From Polyangiaceae bacterium (GTDB taxonomy: Bacteria; Myxococcota_A; Polyangia; Polyangiales; Polyangiaceae): a DNA stretch of 64,000 nt. Position 1 is the first letter of the stretch. Every line of letters begins with the position of its first letter. Below are positions 39,060 to 48,482 of the stretch, one piece after another. Below the pieces are notes generated by a model, which was given only the letters and a program-made list of their open reading frames with translations, had not been told where the DNA came from and did not search any database. The stretch covers positions 32,001-96,000 of the forward strand of contig JBILLK010000018.1 in the NCBI GenBank assembly GCA_044376115.1, read 5' to 3'. Both the position numbers and the translations under genes were made by a program.

Positions 39060-39449
39060 TCAGAGCAGCTGCAAGTTCCTCTTGGCTCGGGTTTCAGCCT
39101 GAGAAATCAACGCACTGGCTTCCTCGTCGCCGATGCCAACGTAGCGAGCGAGCTCGCTTACAAAGGCCTTCTCTTTCGGATCCTGCTCGCCATCAATGAA
39201 CGTCAGCAGCACCGCGTGTTGCACGAGCGCCCGCAAATCGTTGTCGGAAAGTCGTTCGAGCTCGTTGCCCACGTCATCGAGCGTTCGCTTCGTTTCGGCG
39301 TAGTCACGCAGCGACTTTGACTCTTCTTCGGAGGCGTCAAACGCAACGAGCAGCGCCTCCAGCATCTCTCGTTCGGGCGCACCGAAACTGCCGTCGGCCC
39401 ACGCCACGCTAACCAGGGATTTTACGATTGCTGAGTTCTCCGGCGTCAT
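39060..39449 (-). CDS. TerB-family (tellurite-resistance-like) protein
   Basis: VAWADG...PERE and LTFIDGE...EKAFV paired motifs typical of TerB-like domains. Confidence 0.8.
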   Translation of the reverse strand: MTPENSAIVKSLVSVAWADGSFGAPEREMLEALLVAFDASEEESKSLRDYAETKRTLDDVGNELERLSDNDLRALVQHAVLLTFIDGEQDPKEKAFVSELARYVGIGDEEASALISQAETRAKRNLQLL

Positions 39450-39508
39450 GATCGGAGAGTCGCGAGTGGTCCGGCTGGTGTCAAGGTCCTCTGCGCACCG
39501 AACCCACT

Positions 39509-40906
39509 TCAGTTTCCGAGTACGAGCTCGTTGCCCGCAAGCAACGCCGGCACGTAGTGCCCAAGGCCCGCGGCAATCACGAAGCCGACGATGATCGCTG
39601 CAACCATCGACCAACGAACGCCTTTTCGGACTGGCTTCGGCTGGGCGGAGCTTTCGGGAGCGTGTTCGTCGACTACCGCCTCACGTTCGAGAAACTCACG
39701 TTCGAGAGCATCCATCGTTGATTCTGAAAGCGTGGCTGGCGGGGTCGCCGACACTTCCTCGACAGTTCCCTTACCGGCTGGCTCCCAATGGTGCTGAGTC
39801 GTCGCGACCAACGACTCGACCGCGGCTAGCGCCGGGACGCGCTTCACGACCAAAATGAACGGCTCGGATGGGACAGGTTGAGACGCTGGGGGCGGCGCTG
39901 GAGACAAGTCGATGCCAGCCAACGCCCGAATCCCGCGCGGCGATGAAGACGCCTGCGCCGACGCCGCATCCGAAACAACGAAGCGACTCACCAGATCGTC
40001 GACATCGCTCTTCGCTGCGATACCCAAGTCCGAATGCTGCACGGGCTCGAGCGCAAGGACCCGCTCGGCAAACTCCGTATCGAGCATGGTGGCAGCGTCG
40101 CCGGTCAGCGAGACCTCTTGCGGCGACTCAAGCGGCGTCGCCGCGATCCCGTCAAGCTCCACCTCAATCGGCTCGAACTCGGCCTGAGCAACCTCATCGT
40201 CCGCTGCCACGTCCTGGCGCGCCTTCGCGCTCGTCTCGAGCGGCGCAGGGATTGCCACGTCCTGGCGCGCCTTCGCGCTCGTCTCGAGCGGCGCAGCGAT
40301 CTGGGTTGACCGTGCGGGCTCGACCGCGACGGGGCTCGGAACCGCCTTCGGTGGTTCCGGCGCGCGGGCCCGGGGCTGAGCGGCCGCGGGCTGGCTGAGT
40401 TGAGCAGCGCGTGGCTCAGCGGCAGGAAGCGACGCTTCGACTTTGCGGGTCGTTGCAACACGCTTCCTGCGCAGACGTCCGGCTTCTCGCGCGCGAACCG
40501 TCTCCCGCGCCAGGCGCGCCAGCGCACGTCGAGCAGCCGCTCTATTGACAGGTACCAACGCGCTCTCGAGCTCGTGAATGAAGACTTCGACACCATCGGC
40601 GCTGCGCGGCTTCGCCGCCCCAGACAGCGCCGGGGCGGAGCCGATCGAAAGCGAAAGCAAGCGGCCGAGCATGTCTCGCATGGCGAGCGCGGAATCAGCC
40701 GGCTCGACCACCTTCGTGCCTCGTCGCACTTGGATGGTGCCTTCGGTCGACAGGCTTACCATCGGGTCCTCGACCACGAACGGCAGGCGCGCGCTCGCAT
40801 CAGCTACGGCCAGAGCCAAGTAGCCGGACGTTTCCGGAACGAGGGACGCAGCTCGCATGCGAGCCGCCGCAAAGACCTCATCCAATGTGACCGAAGTTGC
40901 GTCCAT
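39509..40906 (-). CDS. Hypothetical protein with C-terminal TM anchor
   Basis: Globular-looking N-terminal ~150 aa, low-complexity middle, C-terminal TM (WSMVAAIIVGFVIAAGLG). Confidence 0.7.
   Translation of the reverse strand: MDATSVTLDEVFAAARMRAASLVPETSGYLALAVADASARLPFVVEDPMVSLSTEGTIQVRRGTKVVEPADSALAMRDMLGRLLSLSIGSAPALSGAAKPRSADGVEVFIHELESALVPVNRAAARRALARLARETVRAREAGRLRRKRVATTRKVEASLPAAEPRAAQLSQPAAAQPRARAPEPPKAVPSPVAVEPARSTQIAAPLETSAKARQDVAIPAPLETSAKARQDVAADDEVAQAEFEPIEVELDGIAATPLESPQEVSLTGDAATMLDTEFAERVLALEPVQHSDLGIAAKSDVDDLVSRFVVSDAASAQASSSPRGIRALAGIDLSPAPPPASQPVPSEPFILVVKRVPALAAVESLVATTQHHWEPAGKGTVEEVSATPPATLSESTMDALEREFLEREAVVDEHAPESSAQPKPVRKGVRWSMVAAIIVGFVIAAGLGHYVPALLAGNELVLGN
40205..40296 (-). 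repeat. In-frame duplication (44 bp identical, 48-bp period) encoding APLETSAKARQDVA twice
   Basis: tgccacgtcctggcgcgccttcgcgctcgtctcgagcggcgcag at 40205 and 40253. Confidence 0.9.
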
Positions 40907-41028
40907 GACAGGCCTCCGGTAGCGGACGCCTCCAAGTGGGGCCAACAAACTGGCGCTCCGCAAGCCGTCACGCCATCCGAGCTTTCAACCAACAAACAAA
41001 CGAGGCCGCCGCACTCGATTGGGTTAGC

Positions 41029-42975
41029 ATGCGGGCGATGGCAGCGTGCCTGGTTTGCGGATTCGAGGGGGACCCTCGAGTTCAGCCAGCCCAGTCCTCC
41101 CAGGGTCACTCCGGGAGTGCTGGTAAGCCCCTTTGCATCCGTTGTGGGGCGTTGCTTCCCACGGCGGATCAAGATGCGCGCCGACGAGCTCAAAGAACCA
41201 TGCTCGGTGGAGCCCTTGCGCCGCCCTCACAACCCGCGGACTCGAGCCCGCTTTCAGAGCTAACGCGCACAGCCGTGATGTCGCGCCCACCTGTGACGCT
41301 TCCTACTGAAGGGACCAGCCCAGGTTTCGCGCCGCTGCTCGACGCCAACGCTGCCACCATCGTAGATACGCCAGACTTCCACTCGTTGCGTCGGACGATG
41401 CCGATCGATCCGAAAGCGGCACCGCCGAATCCAGCGCACCCGAGTGCGCGCGCGCCCGTCGCGGGCGCCCCCGTCGCAGGCGCCCCCGCCTCACGCGGGC
41501 AAGGCACACTGCTGGGGGTCGCGCGGCCCGGTATTGCACCGCTTTCGGCCTCGGTGCCACCCCGGGTCGAGGCCCAACCCGCTGCGTACAGTCAGGCGCC
41601 ACCCGCGTATCAACCGTTTGAGGAGTTGGGCGCGACCGCGCAGGTACCGCGAAAGATCCAGCAGAACGTCGCCAAGGAGCTGCAGAAGGCGCGCATTCCA
41701 GTTGCGGAGGTTCATCCGCTTGGCAAGCGGAGGATCGACCGTGCGGTGAAGCCTGCTGCTCCGAAACAGCGAGCGAGCCGGCGGCCGTTGCTATTGCTCG
41801 GAGCGGCGGTGATCGTCGTCGTGGCAGCGGTCGCGCTGGCGTTGTTTTGGCCGCGTGCGGCACCGATCGAGGCGCGGGTACGCGCGGCGGACGGCGGGAA
41901 CGAAGTGCTCGATCTCACCTGCCCGAGCTGCCCGGACGGCACGACGATCAAGTCGAGGAGCTCCGAGGGAGTCGTCAAGGCGGGGCGGGTTTCGTTGCCG
42001 CTCCCTGCCCCGCTGCCGATCGGGGACTCGTCCATGAAGCTTTCTATCGATCGGCCGGGCAACGGTCGCGACGAGTCGGTCACCATTCCGGCGCGCGTGG
42101 CCTACCGCATCCGTCCGGACCTCGCCACGCTCGAGGCCGACTCGCCAAGCCTGCAGGTCGTGATCGAAGCAATGCCGGGGGCGAGCGTCATTTTGGATGG
42201 CGAGCCGGTGACGCTGCTCGAGGGTCGAGCCGTCAAGACGATCGACGTGCGCAAAGACATCACGGGGGCTGAGCCCGACGGAGCCGCTCAGTTGTCGCGC
42301 AAGATAACCTTCTCGGTCACTCCCCCAGGCGGAGATGAAGAGAAGGGCGTGGTTGCGGTGGCCGTGCCGATCCTACCGCTTACGATTGACGCGCCAGGCC
42401 GCGCGACCGTGACCGAGAAGCCCAACTTCTACCTATCCGGCCGAACCACACCAGGAGCAGAGATCGTCGTCGCTGGGCGAAGCCTGGGCGTAGCGAGGGA
42501 TGGCACCTTCGCCCAAACCATGAATGTCTCAAGCGTCGGCTCCACGGAAATTGAGGTCCGGGCAAAGATGGCAGGTCGCGCACCACGCCTGGTCCGAATC
42601 TCGGTCGAGCGAGTAGCCGATCTCAAGTCGGCGGTGCGCGCGTTCGAGAAACGAGCGCCAATTACGCTGGCGGAGGCCATCGCGGTACCAACCGAAAGCA
42701 AAGGAAAAGCGATCGTGCTGGTCGGGGAAGTGCTCGAAGCGCAGCAGGTTGGCGGCTTGACCAACATGGTACTGCGGCCGACCAAGCCGAGCTGTGGAGA
42801 TAGCTGCGTCGTGCGCATGGTGCAGGGTCGCACTGACCTCGGCTACTCGCGTGGCTCGCTCGTTCGGGCGTTCGGCTTCATCAATGGCGTGGTGACTCAA
42901 GATGGGAAGTCCGTCCCAGACATTGACGTATCGTTCTCGTTCGACGACCGCGAGCTGGACAAACCGAGGCCATGA
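41029..42975 (+). CDS. Single-pass membrane protein with N-terminal zinc ribbon and Ig-like/OB-like extracytoplasmic region
   Basis: CLVC...CIRC, Pro-rich linker, one TM, beta-rich C-terminus; ATGA overlap with the following kinase. Confidence 0.7.
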   Translation: MRAMAACLVCGFEGDPRVQPAQSSQGHSGSAGKPLCIRCGALLPTADQDARRRAQRTMLGGALAPPSQPADSSPLSELTRTAVMSRPPVTLPTEGTSPGFAPLLDANAATIVDTPDFHSLRRTMPIDPKAAPPNPAHPSARAPVAGAPVAGAPASRGQGTLLGVARPGIAPLSASVPPRVEAQPAAYSQAPPAYQPFEELGATAQVPRKIQQNVAKELQKARIPVAEVHPLGKRRIDRAVKPAAPKQRASRRPLLLLGAAVIVVVAAVALALFWPRAAPIEARVRAADGGNEVLDLTCPSCPDGTTIKSRSSEGVVKAGRVSLPLPAPLPIGDSSMKLSIDRPGNGRDESVTIPARVAYRIRPDLATLEADSPSLQVVIEAMPGASVILDGEPVTLLEGRAVKTIDVRKDITGAEPDGAAQLSRKITFSVTPPGGDEEKGVVAVAVPILPLTIDAPGRATVTEKPNFYLSGRTTPGAEIVVAGRSLGVARDGTFAQTMNVSSVGSTEIEVRAKMAGRAPRLVRISVERVADLKSAVRAFEKRAPITLAEAIAVPTESKGKAIVLVGEVLEAQQVGGLTNMVLRPTKPSCGDSCVVRMVQGRTDLGYSRGSLVRAFGFINGVVTQDGKSVPDIDVSFSFDDRELDKPRP

Positions 42976-45164
42976 GCTTCTCCGAGGACAGTCGGAGCGG
43001 CCGCTCCAGCGACGACGCAGGCATCGATGATCTCCGACGGTGCCCGCGCTGCGGAGAACGAGCAGCTGTGCTCAGCGATGGCGTCTGCGCGCGCTGCCGC
43101 TCTTTGGTGATAGCCAAAACCCTGCCGCACGGCATCACCAACCTCGAGGTCGAGAAGCTGCGCGTTTCGGTTGTGGACGGCGCGATCGATGACGCGCATC
43201 ACCGCGTTGATCCGCTGATCGGGCTGGTCGTCGCGGAGCGCTACCGCATTGTCGAGCCCCTTGGCCGCGGCGGGATGGGAGTCGTCTACAAAGTCGAGCA
43301 TGTTCGAATCGGAAAGCTGCTCGCGATGAAGCTGCTTGCCGGTGAGCTATCGCGCAATCAGGAGGTTGTGCGGCGCTTCAAGACCGAGGCGCTTACGGCC
43401 TCGAGGTTGTCATCGCCCAATACGGTGCAAGTGTTTGACTACGGGGTATCGGACGGCTTGACCTACCTCGTCATGGAGCTCGTTGCCGGGGACGACTTAG
43501 GCCGCGTGTTGCGCCACGCCGTAACGCTGCCGGCCAACCGTATGGGGGCGCTCGCAATCCAGATCGGTAACTCTCTAGCCGAGGCGCATACCAAGGGCAT
43601 CGTCCACCGAGACATCAAGCCCGAAAACGTCATGCTGGTCAAAACGCGGGACAACTCCGAGCTAGCCAAGGTGCTGGACTTTGGGTTGGCCAAGCTACGT
43701 GAAGGCTCTGAGCTCTCCGAACTCACGAGTCAGGGAGCAATCGTCGGAACTCCCTACTTCATGTCCCCGGAGCAGATTCGCGGAGAGGCCGTTGACGCTC
43801 GCAGCGACATCTACTCGCTGGGCGCGCTCATGTATCGCGCGCTCACTGGCCTCTACCCGTTCAATGGCCCGACGCCGATGAGCGTCTTCGCCAAGCATCT
43901 GACCGAGGAAGTAACGCCGCCACACCTCATCAACCCAGCCATCTCACTGGGAATGAGCAAGATCGTGGAAAGGACGTTAGCCAAAGAGCCGGGGGACCGG
44001 TACCAGCGGGTTGATGATTTGCAATCAGCGCTGGTGGCTGAGCTCGCGGATCTGGGTGCTTCGAACGCAGAGGCGCTGCTCGACTCAGGCGCCATTCGCA
44101 ATCTGGAAAAGCCGGTCACGGCACAAGCTGCGATCGAAGCGATTGCAACTCGCGATGAAGTCGAGAGCTATGAACGCAGCCTCAAGCGCACTCGGGTTGG
44201 CGCGTGGTTTACGGTAATTGCATTGCTCTTGGGTGGGTTGGCCTTCGGGGCGCACAGACTCCTGACCGATCGCGAACAACGATTCGAGGGGGATGAGTCG
44301 GAGCCGAACAACGAGGTCGCGCAAGCGAACGACATTCCGTTTGGGACGCCCGTGCGTGCCCAGCTCGGCAAGCGGGTCTCCGCCACCGAAAGCGACATCG
44401 ACTTCTTCAACGTCGTTGTCCCGGAAGCAGATGTACCGGCATCGCTGTTGATGCGCTCATTGCCCAACATCCCGTTATGCGTGCAGGTCTTCCAAAAGGG
44501 CCTGACCACACCCAACGCCCAATATTGTGCGGGCCGGTCGAATTTGGACCTCGAGATACCTGCCTTGCGGCTCGCCGCTGGAGCCTACGTCCTCGCGGTC
44601 ATTCAAGACTTGGACGGCTACGGGGAATCACGAGCGCCCGTGCACGAAAACGTTTCCGACTACTATTCGATCGTACTCGGACCGGGCGTTGAAACAGAGG
44701 GCTTCGAGGTCGAGCCCAACGACGACGCCGCTCATTCAACGATGGTCGCAATCGGGCAAACGATTCGCGGGACACTGGGCTGGGTCAACGACCAAGACAT
44801 CGTCTGTGCCGACGTCCAAGCCAACGCTCGCTTCCGCTTTCGCATCGACGATGACGCGCGGGATGCTGGCACCGTGTTGGCCGTCTCCGTCCTTCGAGGT
44901 GGAGAGGAAGGAGCGGCAATAAGGGTTCATGCAGACCGACAACGCAAGGCCACCCCGTCCGACGTTCCAAGCCCTTACAGCGGAATCACCTTTCAAGGGC
45001 TCACGGCCTCGTGCCTGAAGCTTCGGGTCGTCCCTTCTGCCAACGCGCCGCTCGCCCCACCAACGGCTGGCTCCGCTAGCGCAGCCGTAGCGCCGAGCGG
45101 ACCACCGCTCGTTCCACGTGGTAGCAAGGCCCAATACCGCATTAGCGTGGAACCAGTACCTTGA
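42972..45164 (+). CDS. Membrane Ser/Thr kinase with zinc ribbon and extracellular PPC-like (EPN) domains
   Basis: CPRC/CARC; LGRGGMGVVY, HRDIKPEN, DFG, GTPYFMSPEQ; TM; ESEPNN and EVEPND motifs. Confidence 0.92.
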   Translation: MSFSEDSRSGRSSDDAGIDDLRRCPRCGERAAVLSDGVCARCRSLVIAKTLPHGITNLEVEKLRVSVVDGAIDDAHHRVDPLIGLVVAERYRIVEPLGRGGMGVVYKVEHVRIGKLLAMKLLAGELSRNQEVVRRFKTEALTASRLSSPNTVQVFDYGVSDGLTYLVMELVAGDDLGRVLRHAVTLPANRMGALAIQIGNSLAEAHTKGIVHRDIKPENVMLVKTRDNSELAKVLDFGLAKLREGSELSELTSQGAIVGTPYFMSPEQIRGEAVDARSDIYSLGALMYRALTGLYPFNGPTPMSVFAKHLTEEVTPPHLINPAISLGMSKIVERTLAKEPGDRYQRVDDLQSALVAELADLGASNAEALLDSGAIRNLEKPVTAQAAIEAIATRDEVESYERSLKRTRVGAWFTVIALLLGGLAFGAHRLLTDREQRFEGDESEPNNEVAQANDIPFGTPVRAQLGKRVSATESDIDFFNVVVPEADVPASLLMRSLPNIPLCVQVFQKGLTTPNAQYCAGRSNLDLEIPALRLAAGAYVLAVIQDLDGYGESRAPVHENVSDYYSIVLGPGVETEGFEVEPNDDAAHSTMVAIGQTIRGTLGWVNDQDIVCADVQANARFRFRIDDDARDAGTVLAVSVLRGGEEGAAIRVHADRQRKATPSDVPSPYSGITFQGLTASCLKLRVVPSANAPLAPPTAGSASAAVAPSGPPLVPRGSKAQYRISVEPVP

Positions 45165-46429
45165 AGACGCGGCTAGGACACTGGGCGATAGTGCTGCTTC
45201 TCGGAACCAGCTTATCGGCTGTCGAAGCTGAGACGCTCGACCCTGCGTTCCCCGAGCCGCTCGCGCTTGGCGAACCGGGGGGGCTGCTTCCGTCTGAGCG
45301 GATCAACCGCGAAAGAACCAACCGTTCGAACTTCACGCTGCCATCCGCGCTCGACGAGATCGGACGCACTCAGGTAGGTGCGTTCGTCTTGCCACCAACG
45401 ATCGATGAGGAGGGCCAAGCGCTGATCAGTACCCTCTCGTCGGAGGTCGTCACGCTCCCTCTAGGCTGCATCGGCGATACCACTGCCGGCTGTGCGAACC
45501 GCCAACCCGAGCGGCGCCGCATCGGCAGCTCGCCGGCAACAGTGCCGATGATCCGACTCTCGAGCGGCAAGACAGCACTGCTCGTTGGCTCGCCGGCGCT
45601 CGTCATCCTCGCGCCCGACGGCACACTCGAGACGACGGTCGCGTTGCCACGCGGAGCCTTTCCGACTGGACCCAGTCACACCGATGCGAGCGTTGCCTTG
45701 GTCGCCACGCTCGACGGCGGGCTTTTGCTAACCGCCCAGCGGCTGCTCCTCGTCATCGATTCGGACGGTCGCATCCTGACCAAGACGACGCTCCCGGATC
45801 GCCTGGCCTCCCCCGTAATGCCATTTAGCGATGGCTTCGTTGGGGTCCTGGAATCCGGCTTCGTGGTGACGATCCGGCCCCCACTGGCCCCAGAAGTATT
45901 GGGCACGGTTGGGACGATCGTGCCGCGCTCTGCCATCCTGATCGATCAACAAACGTTGCTGGTGACCACCCCCACGCAGCGGGCAGTCACCTTCAATCTT
46001 GTCGCACGCAAAGCCTCTACTTCGGTCGCGGATCTTCAGACTCCACTGCACTCAGCACCATCGTTCGCGGCGGACGGCTCGGTTTGGGTGGTTGGGCTCG
46101 ATGGCATGGTGCTGGGGCTCTCGAAAGAGGGGCAACGCAACGTCGCCGTTCCTCCGGAGAAGGGGCTCCCAGCGAATCGTGGCCCCGAAGAGCTGTTTGG
46201 CGCAGGGAACCTCTCGCCGCTCCTGGACCGAGAGGGGACGGTTGCCTTTGCCCGACCGGGCGGGCGGCTCGGACTCATTCAGGGTGGCAAGCTCAGCGCA
46301 ACCACCGACCGAGCCTGCAGCGTTCCCGTGTTCCTAACGTTGATAGCGGACAACGACCTTTTGGTCGGTTGTCGGGACGGCACCTTGATCCGCTTCGGCG
46401 AGCCGAAGCGGCCAGCCGTCCAACCTTAA
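45161..46429 (+). CDS. Exported beta-propeller (PQQ-like repeat) protein
   Basis: Signal peptide; repeated DG-containing blades; TTGA overlap with the kinase stop. Confidence 0.65.
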   Translation: MKTRLGHWAIVLLLGTSLSAVEAETLDPAFPEPLALGEPGGLLPSERINRERTNRSNFTLPSALDEIGRTQVGAFVLPPTIDEEGQALISTLSSEVVTLPLGCIGDTTAGCANRQPERRRIGSSPATVPMIRLSSGKTALLVGSPALVILAPDGTLETTVALPRGAFPTGPSHTDASVALVATLDGGLLLTAQRLLLVIDSDGRILTKTTLPDRLASPVMPFSDGFVGVLESGFVVTIRPPLAPEVLGTVGTIVPRSAILIDQQTLLVTTPTQRAVTFNLVARKASTSVADLQTPLHSAPSFAADGSVWVVGLDGMVLGLSKEGQRNVAVPPEKGLPANRGPEELFGAGNLSPLLDREGTVAFARPGGRLGLIQGGKLSATTDRACSVPVFLTLIADNDLLVGCRDGTLIRFGEPKRPAVQP

Positions 46430-46744
46430 CTACGAGATTTCACCGTTCTTCGCCTTGGCGATCCAAACGACGATCTCGCGTTCAATCACCTCGAGAGCCA
46501 TTGAGCGAAAGGGTCGCAGGAGAAACGGCACGTCGAGATCGAGGGTGATGTCCTTATCGAGCACCTCCACCTTGCCCTCGAGGCTGACCCCTTTCACGCG
46601 GAAGCTGACGTTGGCGCTGAAGTCCCCAGTCCAGACCGTCTTCGGGTTGTACTCGGTGTACTTTGCTGCGTAGGCCTCAAACGCAGCGGCAGTAACCTTC
46701 TTGGCGAGATCTCGTCCGAGACCATGCGTCACTCGATGCTCCAT
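46430..46744 (-). CDS. Polyhydroxyalkanoic-acid-system family small protein
   Basis: HGLG..LAKK, W-G, F-VKGVSLEG, LDVPFLLRPF; GAGG SD. Confidence 0.7.
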   Translation of the reverse strand: MEHRVTHGLGRDLAKKVTAAAFEAYAAKYTEYNPKTVWTGDFSANVSFRVKGVSLEGKVEVLDKDITLDLDVPFLLRPFRSMALEVIEREIVVWIAKAKNGEIS

Positions 46745-46862
46745 GAATCACCTCGTTGTAGCGCGGCAGCGTACTCAATGAAGCCTGCCGAAGTCGAAGG
46801 TTCGCGCCTCCTCCTTTGAAGAAACTGGGCCATATTGGAACTCTCGGGGCAGATTGCGCGCG

Positions 46863-48482
46863 ATGAGAGCGACCCGGTACTTTGGTGCAGTTAGTGCGCT
46901 GTTCTTGGCGATTTCCTGTGGCGGAAGCGCAGCCCCAACCACTTCACAGGCGAACGTCGTCGAGGCGCAGGTTGCTCCCACTTCGGAATCGACGGACCGC
47001 GAAGCGACCGAAACCGAGGTGGCAAAGGTTGTTGCGCAAGAAGAGAAGCAAGCCAAAGAGCCGGATGGCCCGCGCATCGGCGCGCTAGGCCCGCACACCT
47101 GGATCTGGAAGAAGCCCGAGCGCAAGGGACTGGCCATCGGCAAGATGCGGATCGGGACCACAGTAAAGCTCAAGTCCACCCAGCCGCTCGATGGCCCCGG
47201 CTGCCGCGGCAAGTGGTACTCGATTGAGCCGCGCGGCTACGTTTGTGACGACGATACGGCCACGCTCGACCTGGACGATCCCAACTTCAAAGCCCTGGCT
47301 GACTCGGCGCCGGACAATGGAGTCTGGCCTTATCGCTACGCCCACTCCAACGGCACTCCAATGTACAGCCGGGTGCCGTCAAAAGAAGAATGGGAGAAGG
47401 CCGAACGCGAATATGGGCCGGTCAACACCTGGAAGCCGCTCGGAGCCTGGGCCATCGGCCACGAGGAGAACATCGTTGATGAGCCGATCAAGGCGACAGA
47501 CGAGCGTCCGTACTTCATTGACGAGCAGGGCAAGCGCACGGCGCCGGGACGCAACTACAACACCAAGCTGTTGGTTTGGAAGCGCATGCCGGCCGGCTCG
47601 ATGTTGGCCTATTCGAGAGCCTTTGAGATGCACGGTCGCGTTTGGCTGCTGACGCCTGACACAATGATCGTTCCGGCGGATCGCGTGAGCGATATGAAGC
47701 GGTCAGAGTTTGAGGCTGTGCACTTCGATAAGACCGAAATGCGGCTTCCCTTTGCCTGGAATCGCTCCAAAAAGCCGATCTCGCTCTACCGCAAAGACGA
47801 GGCCGGGAACTTTGTCGCAACGGCAGCAACGCTAGCGCCCAAGTCACCGATCGAGATCACCGATACCGAAGTAAAAAAAGACGGCTTTCTCTACTTCGAG
47901 CTACGGCACGAGCCTGGCGTCTACGTCGGCCGTAGCGACGCTCCCGAGAAGCAGCTGGACGGTGACGTCACCATCACGCGGCAAGCAACCAAGGTCCCCA
48001 ACGGGATCGCGGAGGGAGAAAAGTGGATCCAAGTTCGCGTCGTCCCAGGAACTTTGACCGCTTATGATGGGTTGACGCCGGTGATGACCACCCTGTTCTC
48101 ACCGGGCAAAGGGGGCCCGCCCCTCCCAAGCTACAAGTTCCCCGAGGACCACTCAAAGTATGCAACGACCGCCTTGGGCCACTTCCCCATCGAGTGGAAA
48201 GAGCGCGTTGCCACCATGTCGAACGAAAAGGGGGAGCCCAAGGTGTTGTGGTTTACCGACGTACCGCACCAGCAATACCTCAAGGCGCCGCTGGCGATGC
48301 ACGTCACCTACTGGCATGAGGACTTTGGTAAGCGCAAGAGCGCTGAGTGCCTGAATGTCTCGCCGCGCGACGGAGAGTGGCTCTTCAATTGGACCGATCC
48401 CGTCCTGCCCGACGGCTGGAACGCCATCGGTGCGGGGCAAGGCAACGGTAAGAGCACCCCGATCTCAGTTACTGCAAACTGA
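46863..48482 (+). CDS. L,D-transpeptidase-family lipoprotein
   Basis: Lipobox AIS-C; C-terminal AMHVTYWHEDFG...SAECLNVSP (YkuD-like). Confidence 0.8.
   Translation: MRATRYFGAVSALFLAISCGGSAAPTTSQANVVEAQVAPTSESTDREATETEVAKVVAQEEKQAKEPDGPRIGALGPHTWIWKKPERKGLAIGKMRIGTTVKLKSTQPLDGPGCRGKWYSIEPRGYVCDDDTATLDLDDPNFKALADSAPDNGVWPYRYAHSNGTPMYSRVPSKEEWEKAEREYGPVNTWKPLGAWAIGHEENIVDEPIKATDERPYFIDEQGKRTAPGRNYNTKLLVWKRMPAGSMLAYSRAFEMHGRVWLLTPDTMIVPADRVSDMKRSEFEAVHFDKTEMRLPFAWNRSKKPISLYRKDEAGNFVATAATLAPKSPIEITDTEVKKDGFLYFELRHEPGVYVGRSDAPEKQLDGDVTITRQATKVPNGIAEGEKWIQVRVVPGTLTAYDGLTPVMTTLFSPGKGGPPLPSYKFPEDHSKYATTALGHFPIEWKERVATMSNEKGEPKVLWFTDVPHQQYLKAPLAMHVTYWHEDFGKRKSAECLNVSPRDGEWLFNWTDPVLPDGWNAIGAGQGNGKSTPISVTAN

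Noticed and set aside
37440..39320. Short ORFs across the gap (e.g. 37909-38172, 38082-38498, 38432-38671, 38904-39320)
   Set aside because: No recognisable motifs, no clear SD, and they lack the GC3 bias of the real genes
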